Shown here one piece after another: positions 1 through 13,963 of a DNA stretch of 64,000 bases. The stretch spans positions 186,001 through 250,000 of the forward strand of contig NC_081331.1 of the NCBI RefSeq assembly GCF_022539665.2, in the 5' to 3' direction. A program made the position numbers and the translations under genes. Position 1 is the stretch's first letter, and each line of letters starts with the position of its first letter. This DNA comes from Daphnia carinata. Its lineage: Eukaryota. The notes under the pieces are model-generated. The model was not told the DNA's origin and made no database searches. It saw nothing but the letters and a program-made list of their open reading frames with translations.

Positions 1-3000
1 GAAAACTTGGCGGCGAAATATGGAAGAAAACGAGCGCAGACAATGCTTTCTAAGAACGGCATAACGAAGCTGAAATAAAAAAGGACAGAGAGCAAGAAGA
101 AATTGGATTGAAACTATCTGGGAATACACAGTAGGCTATGTACTGTAGACAAATAGGTGGCGTGATTTCTTCCATCGTGTATATGGACGAAAAATCACAA
201 GATTGCTTTCTCCACATGTTTGTTGTTATCGATTTCGTGGCAAATTTTTGACGTTGGATGTACGACGACGGTCGTAATAAGCGTACAGCAAAAAAAAAAA
301 ATGGAGAACGTGTCAGCAAAAAAGGGCCAGTCCCTTTCGTTTGACACGAGCTGTACATTTTGCACGGCATTAATGAGGCTTTTCAGTTATGAATGCAACA
401 CAATTGCTAGTTTCCTTTTCTGCAGACATTTGACGCAAGCGGACAAAGAGCGTGAATAGACGCTGAAAAAATAAAAGAAAAAGAAAAAAGGATCATTATC
501 GACAAACATAAAGGAAACGTCATTCCAATATTGACGTTGTGAATTATTAAGCTTAACGAAAGCCTCCGAAGGGCAAAAATGGCAGATGACTGTTAAGGTA
601 TTCATAATCCATGAACGCCATCACGAAACGGCGGTACATTAATAAATAGTGAAATTGCAATAGCCAAGTTTTCAATCTTTGTTCGCATTCATTATTTAAT
701 GACACGCTAGCCAAAATGCCAGCAGTTGAATAGAAACACTTTTTTTTTTTTTGAAAATACGTCGATCCATCGTATTGGCATTGTCCCAATAATTCATCAC
801 AAATCAAGCCAGTTTCATTTCTTACATGTTTCGTTCTTTGCTAATAAATCAAATAGATTTCTCCCACACCCATTTACACGTAGAAGAAATAAAAGGAAAA
901 AAAAAAAGAAGGAGCAAAATGTGACAATAGCCAGTCTAACTGCGTTAACTAGGCAATATTAGTGCATCAACTATTTCGACATGGTTGTCTTACATTTAAT
1001 AGTTGTCTGGAGCCAACGTGTCCAACGCTCGACGTGTCTCTTGTCAACCGACGTGACACGAAGGCTTATATTCTAAATGATTAGCAAAATGAGAACTGCG
1101 CAGCATAGAACTGCCTCCAATCAATAAGGATATGGGCTTTAATAATAACAATCGGCACTACCGAATAATGCAGAAACAATGCAAAACCCTGCACCCGTAT
1201 TAGGCTAATAGCAAAAGACGCTTACAAGCAGAATGAGGACGCTTCTTTATATTATGGAATATGGGGGGAATTCCTCGAAGGGCAATGGTGCTCAAGGGTG
1301 GAATCATTTCTGGCAGCATCTCGTATGAATCTTTATTTTATTTGGTTCCAAAGAAGAGAGACTCGAGGGAACGCTTGTATCAGGATCCCGATGGCTTACG
1401 ATGCTGACTGGGCAACGAGAAAAAGAACAAGGACGCTCTCTATATATCCTACCTAGAGACGCACCAGAGGCGGACAAACATCACATGTATATTTCAAGTC
1501 GGACTGTTGAAACGCAAATGAAAAAAAAAAAAAAAAATAAGAAATAAAAATGACTGCAGCTAAACTTGTGCGTAGAATACCAAATGTGAACGCGCACTGA
1601 CCTTTGTGCTTGAGCTCTACAGCACGGAATGGCCGTCTGTATTAGAGTGCTCTATTTTCCTCGTTTGGTCGAAATCAAAAGAAAAGGGAGGCGGATTCAC
1701 ACAAGAAATGGGAAAACCGCAACCAACAAAGAACCAGCTGGATGACACGTTAAAACAACCAAGGGTCTAGTTGTTGACTAATCATGAAAGCGAAAAGAGT
1801 CTTGACGATTCTTGGTAGATATGTACGTATCTGGGCCAACTTGACGGGCAGAGTCTGGAAGGAAAGACTGCCGAAAGTGTCTCTTGGGCTCCAATTCGAA
1901 ACAAGCACTCGACATCCATCCCAGCATCTCTCTTGTCGCCTAGACTCTTTGCTCGTACGTCATTATCACCATATCTAACCCTTAAATCGAGACGCTACGA
2001 ATAGGGACGCGCAGAGTTCAAAATATAAGATCTCGTTAAAAGGTGGCCATACGTGAATACACTCGATCGTTTCCTCATTTCAACTTTTTTGTCATCGGGA
2101 ACGTATACGACAAACAAAAATGTCGAGAAAACCGACAAACTTTGAATCAGCTCACGTTTAGCGCAAGACACAACCGTTGCCGGCCAACGCCTAACAAAAC
2201 GTTCGAATGAACACGGGTTGTAATTTCTATTGATTTCGCTTCTTTCTCGGAAGTGCAGACATGTCGGCTGTTTCAACTCGTGGATTGGTGAGATCGGTCG
2301 TCAATGGGATTCTTTGTCGCTGTCGACTGAGACGACATTGTCGCCTCGTTGCGCAATATGTGACGGGATATTTATTTGTGCCGGGATACGCACGTTGCCA
2401 CGACCAACCCTTCGTCTCTCGAAAAAAAAAAACTCCCCTACCAGGTTAGGAAAGAGAAAACAAAAAAAAAAAAAAAAAAAAAAATGAGAAAAATCAGGCC
2501 GTCACATGCCAATAACAAGAGGATTGTTGATTTGTTTTAGAATGGGACGAGATCAATATGTCAACACAAAAATACACACCGTCGTGCGATAGTTGTCAAG
2601 AAGTCGATAACCTCTTGGGCCGATATCGTGTCGCCGCGATGGCGACATTTTTTTTTTTTTCCCAGCAGCTGTTCAAGTTCACATCGTTCATTATTCAACT
2701 TCTTTTATTCCGCTGGAGGGACGCGGAATCAACGAGATGTTGACGCTGACCATTGCGCGCCAAACAAAAAGCAAAAAACCGTAAAAGTGGATCGTGTAAA
2801 AAATGGACGTTGCAAATCGACAACTTGGGTAAGAAGATTTCGGGCTACTCTGATATGTCAATGTTCCATACCAAAAGGGAGGGGGGGGGGGAATACTGTA
2901 AGGTATCGTATAAAATGGTATGATCGTCATGTGCCTCAGTATTCCCATGACTCTATTATTGCTATTGGTGCTGCTACTGCTGCTGCTGTTGTGTGATACT

Positions 3001-3353
3001 ATGCTAGTCATATTGAAATATTGAATATAAGCCTCTAATCAATAAAAAGCAATCTGTAGCAACAGCCCCTGAGCCGAGCCGTGCGCGGATGTTGGAAAGA
3101 ATCGCAGCAGCTGAAGCGGATGAGAACCATTATCCTCCCCTCTACCCTCGCTATTCCGATTTTTCTTATTTTTCTATGCCTGCCCCCGTCGTATAGAGTG
3201 AGAGAGAGAGAGAGAGAGAGAGGGAGGAGTAGCCACCATCTATGAGATACAGTTTGGCTTTCGTCGCAGTCAGAAAAGCGACACAGATCCACCAACTCAC
3301 GACCTAATCATGTCGCTTTATTACACGCCCATTGCCAGATATTAAAAATTTTG

Positions 3354-3387
<34 letters not shown>

Positions 3388-6071
3388 ACTATCGACTGGC
3401 CGATGTCGATAGGCCAAACAACTCGATAAGAAACGCATTGATTCGTTGTAATAACAAAAGAGACGCAAAATAACGTCACCGCGTACGAAGAATGCCAGGC
3501 CTTTGGTAATGATATCGTCAGCTAACGGCACAGAGACTCGTGTTTCATCCGCTACTAATAAAGGCGCGCGCTGGCATCATTAGCCCTCTCGTTAGCGGCC
3601 AATAGCGACCGTGTGTCGTCAACGTCGCATCGTTACACGGCAAGAAAAAAAAAACCGCAAAACGAAATGGCAAAAACCAGTTGGCCACTTTCGGTTCTCT
3701 TTGACGAATTGCGACGTTAACGTCTCGTTGGCAGTGAAAGACGGAAATAGAGGGCGGCACAAAACACAAATGTTGGCAAGACAAAAGGACGAAATATGTT
3801 AGCGCGTGAAAGCCCATTAGTGGCCTATCTGCTAATAACGAAGGATTTGCGAGCGTTGACTATCACAAGAGCAACCACCAAACGCAAGAAACAAGAAACA
3901 AGAAAAACGATTGTTTTATTAGAGTAAACGAAAATCTATTCGAAATTGCACGCCAAAAATGAAAGGCTCTTCTGCACAACTATATATAGGACGTTTGAAG
4001 CTTAGAAAGAAGAAGAAGAAAAAGAAAGTGAGATGAGAAACAAAGAGAGAAAGCAAAAAAAAAAACCCAACGACCCTCGTCAATATACAAGACTGGCAAC
4101 GTCTTCCATATCAAAGACAATCTAAGGTTGAGTTCGCTCCACCGCCTCCGTCACATCGGCTGCCAAAAGAGCGGCGTCAAAACGGCGTCCAACGCTAGAA
4201 CGAAAAGAAAATATTTGTTCTCTTCCATCTTCATGTTGTCTACCGAGTTCTTTCGTTTTCTTTCACAGTGAAGGCAAGACTACAATTTTAAACGAACGGC
4301 CATTAATTGCAACGTCGGTGTTTCCAGTTGAAACAAGTGTGGCCCTTTTTCTACATATTCATACAAAGCAAATGAAGTTGTACCATCGCGAACTCGTGTT
4401 TGTCTCTCTATGTGGTGAGCGTAAAAAGAAAACAAGGACGAGCAACGACGGCAGTGAAAGATGTTGTGGAAGAAGCAAAGCCAATCAAATGGGGGTAGTC
4501 AAAGACACTATAACCTCGCGTACATAAAAAGAGAGACGTATTACGATGAATATGAATACACAAATAGTGTAGTATAAAAAAAAAAAAGAAAAAAAAAAGA
4601 AATGGCTTTTATGCGCTTCGGAGCCTGCAAGAGCGAGTAGGCGAACGCGATTGAAAGTCAAACAACCATTTGCGCTTACCATCATCAATAATATACGGCA
4701 ACATGTACGACGTAAAATAGTTGAACCAGTTTGCAAAAGACTATGGAAATACAGGCAAAAGAAAAAAGAAAAAAAACAAAAAAAAAAAAAACGAAAGCCT
4801 TGCCATCGGTTGTAATGTTGCGTGCGTGCCCAATAACTACTGGGGTTTGGGCGGCCGTGGCTGACGCCTTGCCACGATGCGGCGCTATTCAAGACCGATA
4901 ATACGTCGGCAATGTGTATATGCATTTCAATCATCCCGCTCCCGCTAACGCGCACACACTCGGCTTCTCCGCTTTCACAGGCGATAACATGTCGTCGGCG
5001 TATTATTATAAAAATAATGCGAACATTTTCTCTCGGCTACTACCACGGTAGCAGAGCCAGCCATCTTGTTACGAGTACGCACTGACCACTTGCAAGGCCA
5101 GCCAATTTCGTATAGTGATGTGTATAGCTTAAATAGCTCGTGGCTAATGTACTGGCGTTTTTTTGTTAGGGTGGCCATTATTAGATTGAAGTCGGGCCAG
5201 GTTGAAAGGCCAATCCAATCACATTGGATAACCTGAAATAGACGCTAAACAATAAGCTGACAATCGAATTTTGCAAGAGTGCCTCACGTCTTCAATATAT
5301 AGCCTGTCATTATCTACTCTTCCTTCTTCTTCCTGTGTTACTCGTCACCTTTTTACCATTGCAGTTCAAGTTTGAAACTTGACCATCACATTTTCACGCC
5401 ATTGTCGCTTTCCTTTCCTTCTCAATTGAATTTCTGATGTTCAATTTGTCCCTTGTAGATTCTTGGCTGAAAATCGCACACGGGCAGATTTAGGCAAATC
5501 CTTTGGCAAAACGCATAAGAAACAAGGTGGAAGGCGAGAAAAAGGCCATTGATTGACGACGAATCTCGATTGTCCCGTCTTGATTAACTGGCCTTGGCGT
5601 GTGCCTTCCGGTCGAGCGGGGAATGCCCGACCGACACCCAACCCACAATAACATATATACATTACATATAACGCAACCATAAGGTATAAAAAGAATGGAG
5701 AAAAAAGAAAAAAGAAAAGAGAAAAGAGAAAAGAAAAAAAAGCATAAACCTCATTTATAGTTATCGCATCGGGAGGGGTGAACACACTTTGTGCCGACGT
5801 CACTCCTCTCGACGCTCCCCCCCCCCGTCGTCTTCCCCCGCATTTTTCTCAACACACCCACCCATCGGAAATAGGCTGCTCTTATGGAAAGTGATATTTA
5901 TGCGTCTACGTTGCGGAGATAACACGGCCCGTCCGTTCTTTGACGTCATCGTGACACCGTGTCCCGCACGCGGAACAGACACGAGTCAATCACACGTTTG
6001 TCACCATCAAAAAATTAGAGGCGAATTGTTTGGATAGATTTTTGTTTTTGTTTTTGTTTGTTTTTTCTTAC

Positions 6072-6496
6072 CTGCGATACGGTTGTTTCTGATTCACCAA
6101 TTGAATTGTGGCTGCATGGCGATAATCAAACGCTTTGCAACAACAATAGTTTTTCAACTGCCCTCCTCCCCACCACCCAATTGGACAAAAAAAAAACAAA
6201 AAACAAATTCAAATTGTGCGGGAAAGGTCACGTCATCCGCGCGTCCCGAACGCACTAAAGCGCGTAAAAATAACAAAAGTGGGGTGGGAGGTAAAACAAA
6301 GCCAAACACGCAAAGCGGCACACGCAAGGATGAAGACAAGAAAACGAAATGAAAGGAGAACTCGGATTTGTGGCAGCAACAGCCGTTAGCGCTCTGTCCG
6401 ACAATTGCGTTGACAGGAGAAAAACAGGAGAGGACGGACACACAGCTGTTGAACTGAATTGGGCCGTGCTCGATTATGCAACTGTTTGCCCGTTGG

Positions 6497-6528
<32 letters not shown>

Positions 6529-6652
6529 AAAAAAAAAAAAAAAAAAAAAAAAAGAAAAGACGGAAACAAGACGGTGCGCGAAAGGAAATGAACGAGAGAA
6601 CCGGAAGCGACGATGAACGAACCAAAGTCGACGCTGCACAGACGCCAACTGA
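6072..6652 (-). promoter_or_regulatory. Inr+DPE core promoter and probable first (5'UTR) exon of a minus-strand transcript
   Basis: The minus strand reads TCAGTT (arthropod Inr, +1 A at 6650) with GGTTC (DPE consensus RGWYV) exactly at +28..+32 (6623-6619). A (CT)n tract follows, then a strong donor CAG|GTAAGA at 6072/6071. Just before the donor is a 7-codon ORF (MQPQFNW*). Confidence 0.6.
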
Positions 6653-9600
6653 GGCCACTTTCTTTTTCGCTCCTTCACCAAGGAGCGCGTGTACGTGTGT
6701 GTGAGAGAGAAGAGCGAAGATGTCGATCCTTACTCCTCTCGTTGGGAAAAGGGAAGGGAAGGGAAGAGAAGGGGGGTGGGGGGTGGGTCACAGCTGAGAG
6801 TTAGAACAGCCTGGGGTATAGACGTTGTTACGGTAATACGGTAGGGCAAGACGACGTCGTGCGATCCTCTCTTTCTTTCTTTTTTTTTTTTTTTTTTTTT
6901 CAAATTCCCTCCTCTCACTCCCCTGCCATCTAATAGAGGCAAGCAGCTAGACATACTAACACGGGCGTGAGTCTTCCCTTTCGGCTGCGTGTAGTGATGC
7001 TGCAGCAGCCGCGTCTGCGTCGTCAGACAAGCGCATCATTTATTCGCTGTGTGCTGCCTTCAGAATGTACAAGTTCGTGTACCCACGATACACTGCCTCC
7101 ATCGTCTACACGGCTAACCTTCTCGTTTAGCCAGGCGTGTGTATACGTGTGTATGTGCGCTGTTGTTTTCTTTGTCCCCCTCCCCTCCGTCTCCGTCTCC
7201 TATCCTTTTTTTTTTTTCGTGATTCTGCGCAGTTTGATTGAACGGAACGAGACGACCGACTCGGTGGGAGAAGAAGATAAATGGTCTTTGCTTGCCATTG
7301 TGACACAAAGCTCTTCTTTTTCTTTCTTTTTACGCCAGCCCTTTCGAGACGGACCTTTTTTTTTTCTTTTTTTTTTTCTTCTTCTATATGGATCATTCTA
7401 TCGCTATCTTCCCTGCAGCCTCGTTATTTATTCTCAAATCCTATTACAAGAAGGAGAACCCCGTTCCTAAATATCCGCATGTAACGTCGTTGCTGTCTCG
7501 ACGATAGCAACGTCTTTGGGCCAGCACACGCAGAACACGCAGAGTAGCCCAGTATACACATCTGTTGGGAATTTACTAAATAAAAAAAAATAAATAAATA
7601 AAAAAAAGGATCGAATCGAGCTTGTAACCGTCTAAACGAACAGACTGGCAATCCATCACAGTTCACTACACCATCACCACGACCATCCACGTGAACGCTA
7701 AAAGACGTGCTATTGGCCTAAAAGCATTTTCATTTGGCCCTCACGCGGGTAAAACAAGCCGAAAACGATTGATGGGAAGCTGGCGATTGCAAAGAAGAAA
7801 TTCGTTATTCAGTTAGAGCGCCGCAGACTATTCACACAAGTAGCGCAGCAAATTTATAGTACCGTCAAACCAATGCAAACATGCGGAAATCATTTTTTCT
7901 TTTTTTCTTTTTTGTTTCCCATTTCCTTTCGCTGCCTGTCGCGTTCAACCATTTCCTTTATTTTATTTTATTTTTTTTTTTTTTTTACCGGCGTACCGAG
8001 AAACCTCTTTTTTTTTTCTTTCTATTTATACCGAACAACAAACAAAAAAGCGGAAAGGCGTGGGGGGGGGGGGGGGGTCGGTGGCAGGCGAAAACATCCA
8101 AGATGGTAACACGTTTCGATTTCCGTTGATGCCATCCAATTTCAGATGTTGGACCGAGATAACAAGAAGGGCTTTTCCAGCGTGACTTGCAATCCATTGA
8201 ATGCCTATTTCTTTATTCCGCCATTTGTTTTTGTTTCGTTTTTTTCTTTTGCTTCCCACCGTCGTCTCTTTCCTAATTTGCGCGGTTCATTTTTAGTTCA
8301 CCTTCGGCAGGCCAGACTTGTACGTTGCGTGTCATAAAGAAATGTGTAGATTGGAGAGACGCGTTTTTAGCACTTGCGACGCGATTCGTGCGTTGGACAT
8401 GGTCCAACTTTGATCGGCCAACGCAACGAACGACAGCCTTGCATTTGTTACACCTGTCCGACAATGACGACGATGACGTGGTTGCTCAAAACTAGTTTGA
8501 AACACAAAAGAACAAAAATGGGGTAACGTCGGCTTGCCCTATAACTAATTATACAATCAACGGATTTATGCCTTTCTTTATTCCGAGAATTCGGTCTGCA
8601 CGACCCCCCCCCTCTGCTGATGACTGGACGATCGCTAACCTTGTTTCATTCGCTGCGTGCACTGCCTCGCCATGGTTTAGAACAGACAGTGTCTAAAACA
8701 GACAGGAAAAAACAAGTCGAAACCATCGCATTCAGTGATGGATTTCTTCTTTCTATCACAGTGACGTTTGCTCTATCTGCAACATTCAGGTGTGCGCGCT
8801 CTCTTGTTCTCCAATCACCAATCAGACAGTCAAGAAGATTAAGAGGCAAACGGATCTCGGGACTCCAAAGAATTGAGATGTTAGCGGCAATGTTCACGCA
8901 CGAGGGATTTAAAATTATTATTTTTTTGAAACCAGTTTCCAGTTGTTCAATTCAAAAGAGGCAGTGCGAGCGCTAGGGGAAACCTTCCACGTGAATCTGT
9001 GTAATGGAAAAACAAAAACAAATCGAAAAGGGCAAAGTGAATCGAATGCAGCTACTTAGTACTACCATCTTTCCAGTCACGACACTCCATCAGCTGGCGA
9101 CTGGGAAAACAAAAGCCCCATGGGAAAATGGGCAACGCGTGACGCAACAATTCAAGTGGGCACAAAGCCACGGACGCAGGATCGACACCCCCCCCCCCCA
9201 AAAAAAAAAACATCAATCCCGAAATTGAACGATGACTTATCTATAATTGAAATTGGCTTTGTGATGTGCAAACAATTTCACGACCAAGACTTTGATGTCT
9301 TCATCAATGAAACATTTGGCCGAGCGAGAACGGACGCTCTTCTTTCAAAGTCACGAGCTCCGTGCTCCATAATGAAACGATAGACGTAAATAACTAAATA
9401 AGCGCCAGCATCGCTAGATGACCAGCGCCCTCCCGGGAAAAAAAAAACAAAAAAAACATTTATAAATAGCCTTTAGGAATTGTTCGTCTTGAAAGTAAGG
9501 AGTGCCGTCGTTTGGTGAACGAGAAACAGACGCCCGTGTTCCATCACGTCGAGTCACGCATGGGCGTCGTTGCCATCCATCATCGCCGCCATCGGCCGTG

Positions 9601-10084
9601 ACGATGAAAAACCTTTTAGTTACACAATGGTGGCATACGTGTGTAACGCGCCATGTGCACGGCCCTACAACTACACACCGTCCCACCGTATTATGCAAAA
9701 ACTTTTTTTTTTCTTACGTTTTCGTTTAATGAATAGTAAACGTAGTGCGCTCCATTTCCTTTTTTACGTAAGCACGCACACACACACACACACAAAAAGA
9801 AGGTTATTGGTGGTCAAATCTAAGTTAATAAAAGTCTATGGCTAAACGCAAACTGGGGATGCCATTTACCTGAGCTGACACGAGTAGAGAAAAGGTAGAA
9901 TATATCTATACATTTTTCTTATTCATAGTTCCGTCTCTCTCGGTTAACGAGTGCCGCTTTCCCTACGGTCAAGTTTATGGCCGGCCAATGAGGCGTGTCG
10001 AGCAAGAAACGCGCAAGTCCCGCTACATGCGGTGATGAAACATTAGGTAAACGAAGAGCCCTTACCTCTCTTCTTTCCATCCAT

Positions 10085-10120
10085 CCCACCACCACCACCA
10101 CCACCACCACCACCACCACC
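10085..10120. repeat. (CAC)n microsatellite
   Basis: Direct reading: about 11 tandem CAC units. Confidence 0.9.
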
Positions 10121-10419
10121 TTGCCGCTATCCGAACAAGCCGAGAACGAGAGAATAGACAGACAGTGCGCAAACGACCGTTCATCATAAAAAAAAAGCCC
10201 AAGCGCCGTTTTGCTTATTCAAAGGAAGAACTGGCCAGCGCAACGTTTTCTACCTCCAAATGTCTAATACACATCGACGGACAGTCCAAGAAAAAAAAAA
10301 AAGAACAGTCTGTTTTTGCTTGTCCTCTCCGTAGCTCTCTGGCAAATCAGCGGGCACTCGGTTTGGCTTGCAAACGGCAAGTCGAGTTCATTTCGAACGT
10401 GGCGGGTAGTGTGGCCGGG

Positions 10420-10461
10420 TGAAAAGAAAAGAAAAGAAAAGAAAAGAAAAGAAAAGAAAAG
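10420..10461. repeat. (GAAAA)n pentanucleotide microsatellite
   Basis: Direct reading: about 8 tandem GAAAA units. Confidence 0.9.
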
Positions 10462-11176
10462 AAGAGACGAGGTCAGAGTCAATTGTGTGCAACCGTTTCG
10501 ACTTGGCAATGCGCCATCAGCAACCGAGCAGCTATCATGGCCCTCTTCTTTTCATCGCTCACGTCCGTCTAGCCGAAGCGAACGCATCATTTCTGCGTCA
10601 GAGCATCACGTCAGCACGACGCAAGAACAGTCAAGACATCGTCATCGCATCTTTCCGACTCGCCTTTCTTTTCTTTTTTTTTTTTCCGCCCCCGTTTCAT
10701 CGTAATCCTCTCCGCTAGCTCGTTATTTCCATTCCAATTCAATTAGCATATCCAACGACGAGAGTCGAGCAGCTCTCGTTGTACACAATCGCTTTGTTCC
10801 CCCCCCCCCCAAAGTCGTGTGTCCCCTATCACCCGCCACCAACGTCAACAGTGGACGCGTTTTCAAAAGACGGTGCCGCAAAACGGACAGAGGCCAAAAC
10901 GATTTGCATTCTTAAACGTCATCATTTCAAAAGTGATCAAAAGAACGCAGTTGCAATCGATCAGCCTCGACAATCGAAACTCTTTTTTTTTTTTGTTTTT
11001 TTTTGTTTGTTTTTTTTTTGGGGGGGAGGGGGGGGGGAATTTTAGCCACCAGCACGTGCGCTCCCCTATTTTTGGCTTGTCCTCTAATGGGATAGTTAGC
11101 GTGACGTCACCCGTTCAATTCCATATTTTGTTGTTTGTTTGTGCGTCCACTGTGTTTTCAAGTGACCGATTGAAAC

Positions 11177-11662
11177 ATGGCCGCGTCGTCAAAGGCTGTT
11201 GCGTCATCGGCGCGTCTAGCGCTGAAACCGCCAGCGTCGCCGACGGCACCGGCGACGCCAAAGAAAATGGTCAAGAAAAAGAAGCCGCTGATCGTCAACC
11301 GTCCGCCGGCCGTCAAGCCGAAAACGCGCAAAGTCAACGCGGCCATGGCGGCCGGCGTGGGCGGCAAAAAGACGGCCAAGAGCGGCGATTGTTTTCCGAT
11401 CCCGTTGGCCTTCCTGTACCGCGACCCGCGTCCCACCATGTCCCGCCGATTGGCCGACGGCGGCATGTCGGGCGGCGGCGGCGGCGGCGGAGGTGTCGGC
11501 GGCGGCGGCCACTGGGGCGAGACGGACGGCGACGGTTTGCCCATGAAGGAGACGGCGGAGCAAGTGCGCGAAAAGAAGACGCTCTACGCGGCCAACATGG
11601 CCCAGGCGCAGGCCTTCCAGAACAATTACCGATTTCAAGACGCAGAATGCGCCTTGACCAAG
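11177..11662 (+). CDS. GC-rich coding exon (162 aa); candidate alternative first exon of the TTC25/ODAD4-like gene
   Basis: ATG at 11177 in AAACATGG context with a strongly GC-rich coding signature. It encodes a Lys/Ala/Pro- and Gly-rich segment ending in TLYAANMAQAQAFQNNYRFQDAECALTK, which resembles the first TPR of TTC25, followed by a phase-0 donor AAG|GTAAAA. No dedicated downstream exons were seen; the phase matches the acceptor at 19153. Confidence 0.6.
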
Positions 11663-13932
11663 GTAAAATTTTTCTTATCTGATTCGATTTGATTTGATTT
11701 GATTTGATTCGTTAATAAAATTCAAGCGTCGTCGAATTCGCGCGATTCGATGGCCAACTGGCCGTAGGCAAAAGGGGACGACTGGAGACGAGAGATCAAA
11801 CGAAACAAGAGAGTCTTTTCATCATAGTTGATACAACATCCGTCTGGCATATTATTCTATACAAAACGTCCATAAAGGGGAAACGAATAAAACATGAGCT
11901 GCTAGGATCGAGTTAGAAACGTCTTCCGAGTTCTGCATATCTTTTTTGTGTTTGTCCTCCGCCCTCCTCTGTCTCGTGCCCGCCAGTGGAGAGCACACAA
12001 AACAAAAAAGAAAAAAAGAAAAAGAAAGAAAGAAAAAAGCCAAGCAGAAAGAGAGAATATAATCTGTCATTTGCACCATATCTACGACGTTCCTCCTCCT
12101 CCTACTCGAGTGTTTTTCTCGGTGCCATTCGCGGCATAACATGGGAAGGAAGACGCCCATCTACTCCTTCATGGTCTCCCCCCCCCCCCACCAAAGAAAA
12201 GTAACTCAATCATTCTTCCTCTCTCTCTTTCTCTCGTTTCTTCTTCTTCCTGAATTTGGCCAGCCCTTACTGCCGTTGATACTGCAACGCCCATCAACTC
12301 CAATGTATAATCAAGTTTACATTACATACGATGTGCTTTCAATGGCATTTTGCCATCCAATGCAAACCTGCCCTTTCTTTTTTCTTTTTCCCCTCAGTTA
12401 TTTTTCCTTTCGTGCCTTTTTCACGGAAAGATACTAATGTTATTGATGACAGATTCTCAGGAGAAAGGAATCTTTATTTTTCTTTTTTTTTTTGGTAGGA
12501 AGCCTCATTTATAATTTGAAAACACGCACGGGTTGAAGGTGTGATTCGATGAGCTCGTGAAACGGATGCATCCCACTACGGATATCCGATTGCTTCGTCC
12601 ATTTCCCTTTTGCCCCTGTTCGGTGCAAACCAATAGCAAACACTCGAACGGCTTTCTGTCCTCGTTTTGCCCCTCACTCTCTTCATGGTCTTCCCCTTTT
12701 TCGCTATCTATTTGTTTTCGTTATTTATTTATTTATTTTCTTTTCCTGCGTGTTCCAGTGGAAGAGGGGAAGGAAGATATCCTACTCGATTTGATGAATC
12801 GACGATGGTCTGCGTGACACGCGAATCGATACAAGTTGTTAGGAGAAAAACGAGGACTGGCGCATCCTGGCTGCTGCCTCAAAAATTGCCATGATCAAAG
12901 TAAAGATTTCGTTCTTGTTTTTTAAGCGCAACGACCATGTACAAATTCAAAACGCGTTTCGTACAAATCGTTACCTAATGGCCCTACGTAGAATTGCGGT
13001 TGTTTTTCTTTCTTGACAATGCGCTGCCTTTTATTTGTGGCATGACGATGCAAATCCGCTAGTTGTTTTTAAAAAAAAACAAACAAATGATAACGGACTT
13101 TATCATTTCTCGCCATAAATTTGAAAAAAACAAAACAAGCAAATGATGTTAATAAAAGGCCGCTAGGACAAGAAAAAAAAAAGAAGCTGAAATGATCCCA
13201 TTCTATGGAAAGTTTTCATTTTCAAACTTGAAATCGCTCGGTCAAAATAGTGGATGACGTTAACAACTTTCGCTCGTACTCGTATCATTCACCATCAACG
13301 GCTATTGAATTGACTTTATCCCCCCCCACCCCCCTACGTCAAAAATGAATCGCACAAGCCAAAAAAAAAAAAATAAATGTTCTCCAGACCAAAGTCATCG
13401 AAGAACGTAGAAGAGTACAACATTCGAGTAAAGAAAACAATCAAGTTTGAAGGCCCCCCCCCCTCCCTCCCTTTTGACTATTAGGACGCATTCCTGCATG
13501 CAGAGTAGTCTCCGTTTATTGATCAGGTCAGCGAGTGTATAGAGCCAAGTGCACACACACGATTAGACTGCGTGAAGGAGAGGCAAAAGAGGATAAACGA
13601 CGGCCAGCAAATGCAGTGAATCAACGCCCAAGAAAAAGTTTGGTGGTCACGAAATCGTCGGGCGGCCATCATCTAAAACCTTTGGCGCAAATGGTTGACG
13701 CGCTCGTCCTCCTACACCCGCCACTTGCCACAAGAAAAAAGGGGGGGGGGGGGACGCTCGAGCTCACTTGCCAACTTTAACGCCATATCATCTGTAGAGA
13801 GAGGGAGAGCGAGAGAGAGAGAGAGCGGTTCCTTTGCTGATTCTTGTTCCGTTCTCTCGCACGCGCCACACACAACACACACGCCAACGAGACCAACAGA
13901 TAAAAGTGCTGAGGGCCAACACACACACACAG

Positions 13933-13963
<31 letters not shown>

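Noticed and set aside
8616..8640. CTGATGA hammerhead-core / C-box-like motif (also at ~15569)
   Set aside because: No stem II plus GAAA arrangement and no paired D box with terminal stem.
10819..11682. 287-aa ORF overlapping the 11177 exon in another frame
   Set aside because: It starts at a non-ATG codon in homopolymer DNA and stays open only because the real exon is GC-rich.
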